A DNA stretch of 64,000 nt, from positions 1-64,000 of the forward strand of contig MCFH01000091.1 in the NCBI GenBank assembly GCA_002104945.1. The letters are read 5' to 3'. How positions within the stretch are numbered: position 1 is the first letter of the stretch; the number at the start of each line of letters is the position of its first letter. Under the pieces are notes generated by a model. The model saw only the letters and a program-made list of their open reading frames with translations, had not been told where the DNA came from and ran no database searches. The stretch is from Piromyces finnis finn. Taxonomy: Eukaryota; Fungi; Neocallimastigomycota. Positions 63,764 through 64,000 of the stretch are shown piece after piece. The position numbers and the translations under genes are program-made.

Positions 63764-64000
63764 TTTTTTTTCTAATATATTTGTTTTTAAGAATAAAAAT
63801 AATTTTTTATAAAGCAATATTAAAAACATTTTAGTATAATGAATGTCATTTTTAAATATTTTTTATATTTTATTTTCTAAACAAATAGAAAAAAAAAATA
63901 AAAAGATAATATGATGATATAAATAAAAATAATAAAAGATTAAATATTTAATACTAATAGTAATAAAAACAATAACAATAATACACAAAAGAATTTTTTA

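Noticed and set aside
58456-63812. Short ORFs overlapping the 1809-aa frame, including poly-C and poly-V ORFs at 58886-59141
   Set aside because: Antisense or off-frame products of Thr-codon repeats. The first 22 codons of the 63829 ORF are also rejected in favour of the signal-peptide ATG at 63763.

Overview
Extremely AT-rich eukaryotic DNA, most likely from an anaerobic gut fungus (Neocallimastigomycota). This is inferred from base composition, CBM18-fused subtilases, a fungal dockerin-like motif and Asn/Thr-rich linkers. Bases 1-29 kb are a nest of Ty3/Gypsy chromoviruses. Element A (3110-9610) is intact, with matching 426-bp LTRs, an ATCAG target-site duplication (TSD) and one 1480-aa gag-pol-chromodomain ORF. 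Elements B (20443-29039) and C (~14.7-19.3 kb) are degenerate. There are also several solo LTRs, two copies of a ~1.8-2.0 kb non-coding TG..CA element (D) and three ~545-bp tRNA-headed poly(A) SINEs from two families. Bases 29-36 kb are AT desert with coding relics. Bases 36-64 kb hold secreted-protein genes: two S8 subtilases with CBM18 (one also with ricin-like lectins), a CBM18 relic, a small membrane protein, a >1467-aa orphan and a ~1787-aa multi-lectin protein. Top leads: (1) the multi-lectin protein has an aerolysin-like hairpin tip flanked by two symmetric ~175-residue Ser/Thr arms, suggesting a giant beta-barrel pore former; (2) LTRs carry tRNA-like Pol III heads, and both D copies sit just upstream of such heads in the same relative orientation, as in Ty3-style targeting; (3) two SINE families with unrelated bodies both keep a perfect 11-nt complement of the U1 snRNA 5' end; (4) elements A and B have Tf1-type self-priming primer-binding sites (PBS). 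All comparisons were made by eye and no database search was run.
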